From the NCBI RefSeq assembly GCF_002945325.1, contig NZ_CP026606.1:1050001-1082000 (forward strand): 32,000 bases of DNA, read 5' to 3'. Both the position numbers and the translations under genes were made by a program. The first letter of the stretch is position 1. Each line of letters opens with the position of its first letter. The DNA comes from Methanococcus maripaludis (GTDB taxonomy: Archaea; AGJL01; Methanococci; Methanococcales; Methanococcaceae). This document shows positions 29,227 through 32,000 of the stretch, piece by piece. Below the pieces are notes generated by a model. The model was not told the origin of the DNA. It searched no databases and saw only the letters and a program-made list of their open reading frames with translations.

Positions 29227-30906
29227 ATGATAGGATCTTTTAAATCAACTGATTATCATTTAAATCCAAAAAGCGGTGCAGATACAAAAGGAATATCTGG
29301 TTTTGATTTTTCAGATTTTCGAGATGTTCTTTCTGTTGGAAAATATGCATTTGAACATCGGGAATCTATAAAACATTTTATTCCAAAATTTGAAAAAGCA
29401 CTTGAAAGTGATTTTAAAATAAAATGGGCGGCATTAAACTCACTTTCAATGATTTCAAAGGCAAATCCTCTCGAAGTTCTGCCGTTAATTCCAAAAATTG
29501 CGGAATTATTGGAAAACTCTGACTGGAGAATTCGAAAAAATGCAGTTTTATTTTTTGGAGATTTTGGACTTGTATGTTATAATAATGTTAAACCCTACAT
29601 GGAAAATTTGAAAAAGTGTATTAATGATTCAAACATTGATGTGGTTTGTTCAAGTGCATATGCTCTTTCAAAAATAATGTTAAATTCAAAATGTGAAGAA
29701 AAAATTGATTTATTTGGGATACTGCGCGAAAAAATAACTTCAAAAGTAGTTTTAATGGATTTAATAAAAAATATCGGAGAAATTAACCCTGATTTAATAA
29801 AATCTTGTCAAAATGATGTATTATCCTGTTTAGATTCAAATGATCCTGTTTTAAAATCAAAAGTAATTAAGATTTTAGGAGATATTAAAGATTACGAACT
29901 CGACGAAAATACGTCTAAAATATTGATCGATTCATTAAAAAGTGATAATTTAGAAATTAGGCGAAGTTCAGTTTATTCAATATGGAAATATTCTGAAAAA
30001 TATCCCGAATACTTAAAAAATGCAATTAATACGCTTGTTGAATTTACAAGTTCGAGCGATAAATATACTAAAATATATTCGCTTTTAGCGCTGAATAAAT
30101 TAAGCTACACGGAACCACTTAAATTTGAAAATTTAAACATAAATCCATTATTGGATGAAGATCCTGATGTCATTTATCCTTCAATCACGCTTCTTTACAA
30201 TTTATCAAAATACAGCCCGAAAGTTACTACAAGACACTATAAAAAAGTCTGTGTATTGATGAACAATCCTGATAAATACATTTCAAAGCAGGCTCTTCGA
30301 ATTGTCGGTAATCTTGGAAAATACGATCAAAAGTACATTAACAGATATATTAATAATGTAAGATTGAAACTTTCAGACGAAGAACTTTCAAAAGAAGCAA
30401 CGATCGCAATGGTAAAATCCGGCTACATTGAGAAAAAGAATCTTGAAATAATTTTAAAGGCTGCAGACAAGGCTAAATATAATATGGAGTTTTTAAGAGA
30501 AATAATTGAAGAATATCCAAAAGAACTTCTTTCATCCCTTGAAAAAGAGTTATTTAATTTAAAAAGAACGTGGAATCAAGAATATATCAATGAACTCTGT
30601 TATTCTATAAATGAGAGATTATCATTAAATGATCCAGATTTTACGAATATAAAATTGGAAAGACCTGAAATTGAAGAACCTCCCGTAATTGTTGCTTTAA
30701 AATCAGAGTGCACAGAAGTAGAACTTGAAGATGGAAAACAGGTTTATATTTTAGATAAAAGCAAATGCATTGAAACTTCGCTTTCGGGGGACCTTTTAGA
30801 ACTTTTAGATGTGGAAAATAAAAATGAATTCGATATTTACAAATTATCGCACGATTTAATGATTCAATCATTAATCGAATCTGCAATAAATGAGCCAAAA
30901 AGATAG
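29227..30906 (+). CDS. HEAT-repeat-like (alpha-solenoid) protein
   Basis: Repeated helical units, e.g. ALNSLSMISKANPLEVLPLIPKIAELLENSDWRIRKNAVLFFGDFG and LRRSSVYSIWKYSEKYPEYL. ATG 29227 (MIGSFKSTDYHLNPKSG) preferred to 29041, which would run through the arl promoter. Confidence 0.75.
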   Translation: MIGSFKSTDYHLNPKSGADTKGISGFDFSDFRDVLSVGKYAFEHRESIKHFIPKFEKALESDFKIKWAALNSLSMISKANPLEVLPLIPKIAELLENSDWRIRKNAVLFFGDFGLVCYNNVKPYMENLKKCINDSNIDVVCSSAYALSKIMLNSKCEEKIDLFGILREKITSKVVLMDLIKNIGEINPDLIKSCQNDVLSCLDSNDPVLKSKVIKILGDIKDYELDENTSKILIDSLKSDNLEIRRSSVYSIWKYSEKYPEYLKNAINTLVEFTSSSDKYTKIYSLLALNKLSYTEPLKFENLNINPLLDEDPDVIYPSITLLYNLSKYSPKVTTRHYKKVCVLMNNPDKYISKQALRIVGNLGKYDQKYINRYINNVRLKLSDEELSKEATIAMVKSGYIEKKNLEIILKAADKAKYNMEFLREIIEEYPKELLSSLEKELFNLKRTWNQEYINELCYSINERLSLNDPDFTNIKLERPEIEEPPVIVALKSECTEVELEDGKQVYILDKSKCIETSLSGDLLELLDVENKNEFDIYKLSHDLMIQSLIESAINEPKR

Positions 30907-30937
30907 ATATTTTATTTTAATTTTTTACTTTTTTAAA

Positions 30938-31834
30938 TTATTCACATTTTACAATAACTAATGGGCTGTGTTCCATCTCTTTTAAAACATCAACAGTTAT
31001 TTCAAAAGTGTTGTATTTTTTCATTAAATCATGAATTGACTTTGTATATGGGACTTGAGACGTATCTGATAGATTTGCAATGTATAGAATCGTTTTTAAG
31101 GGATATTTTTTGTAATTCTCATTTCCCACAATTGCAAGCGGGGTTGCACCACAAAGGCCGCCCTGTTTTAATATTTTTCCAAATTTCCCTAAAATATATC
31201 CAAAAACACCTATTTTTGAAATTATTCCATCAATTGCAATTGGAAGTGCTGTAACGTACCAGTTAAAAAACCTGTATGTTGCATCTGTATCGATTACCAT
31301 AACCGTTAAATCGAGATTCAGTTCTTCCTTTATTTTTTTATGGAGTTTTTTTGCAGAATTTTCAGGTTTTTCTGGAAGGAGGGATGCATAAGTACCCGGA
31401 ACGTTTGTTAAGTCAATTCCGCCTTCTGATGCAGGTTTTAGTGCGTATATTAACCCTACATTTTCAATTACTATTTGTTTGTGTTTTAGTGTTTCCGTCT
31501 TTGGCATTTTTCTTAAATTTTTAACCCTGTCGCCCCTAGTACCTAAAAGAGGGCCTAATACATATCCCCAGCCGTATTTTGATAGATAATATGTAAAATA
31601 TGCCCAGAATTTAGGATTCGCCAAACTTTCATCTACGAAGTTGTCTTCGCTTGTAGCTATGAATTTTTCACTGACGACTAAAAAATCCCCGTTTTTTATT
31701 TCAAATCCGTTTTCAATTTCATTTTTTAAAGAATTGATGGATTCTGATACAAAATCTTCGTTTCTATCGATATATCTGGTTCTTATCGGTGTTGCATTTA
31801 TTTCCATTTTTTCACGAATTAAAACTATCTCCAT
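30938..31834 (-). CDS. CofE-like (coenzyme F420 gamma-glutamyl ligase-like) protein
   Basis: 298 aa with TRYIDRNEDF, NGDFLVVSEKFIATSE, ILKQGGLCGATPLAIVGNENY and VMVIDTDATYRF. Confidence 0.6.
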   Translation of the reverse strand: MEIVLIREKMEINATPIRTRYIDRNEDFVSESINSLKNEIENGFEIKNGDFLVVSEKFIATSEDNFVDESLANPKFWAYFTYYLSKYGWGYVLGPLLGTRGDRVKNLRKMPKTETLKHKQIVIENVGLIYALKPASEGGIDLTNVPGTYASLLPEKPENSAKKLHKKIKEELNLDLTVMVIDTDATYRFFNWYVTALPIAIDGIISKIGVFGYILGKFGKILKQGGLCGATPLAIVGNENYKKYPLKTILYIANLSDTSQVPYTKSIHDLMKKYNTFEITVDVLKEMEHSPLVIVKCE

Positions 31835-31884
31835 TATTTTTATATTTTGGTACTCTATAATTAGTAAGGAAAAAGGTGAAAATT

Positions 31885-32000
31885 ATGCATCTAACGAGAG
31901 AAGAGGAAAAATTGTATGCAGGAGAATACGGGGAAGCCCTAGAAACCTGCATGAACTTACTTGTGTCATTAGGCGATATTTACGGAGCAGAAAAACTGGT
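31885..32000 (+). CDS. aconitase X-like catalytic protein (DUF521; phosphomevalonate dehydratase large subunit type), partial at window edge
   Basis: [38 protein letters not shown]..., the characteristic N-terminus, after an aaggtg RBS. Confidence 0.8.
   Translation, partial: MHLTREEEKLYAGEYGEALETCMNLLVSLGDIYGAEKL

Noticed and set aside
1-32000. CRISPR arrays, insertion sequences, prophage or defence islands
   Set aside because: No direct repeat-spacer pattern, transposase or terminal inverted repeats were seen. The region is densely packed with metabolic, motility and housekeeping genes.

Overview
This 32 kb window is a euryarchaeal methanogen chromosome, very likely Methanococcus maripaludis or a close relative, judging from gene content, codon use and AT-richness. 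It opens with a selenocysteine-rich F420-non-reducing hydrogenase cluster (vhuD-vhuG-vhuA-vhuU-vhuB), followed by fwdB (formylmethanofuran dehydrogenase subunit B). The six-frame track misses vhuD and vhuU and truncates fwdB, because these three genes contain four in-frame TGA codons in total. Each of the three is followed by a candidate archaeal SECIS hairpin. The middle of the window holds a HisA-like protein, comE, a ferredoxin, cbf5/truB, an intron-containing tRNA-Trp, two short class III signal-peptide pilins flanking a multi-TM protein, a phosphoesterase, a DHH/RecJ-like protein, a PAPS-reductase-family protein, glmS, a UPF0179 protein, a TIM-barrel protein and a UbiA prenyltransferase. 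A complete minus-strand archaellum operon (arlB1-B2-B3-C-D-E-F-G-H-I-J) follows. Its upstream region has a TATA box, two leader hairpins and three TACATA motifs that match the reported EarA activator site. The window ends with a HEAT-repeat-like protein, a CofE-like protein and the start of an aconitase-X-like gene. I found no CRISPR array, prophage, transposon or clearly undescribed defence-like system. The most interesting signals are the Sec recoding with SECIS elements, the tRNA-Trp intron without a recognisable C/D guide, the archaellum promoter/leader architecture, and the pilin/multi-TM-protein cassette.
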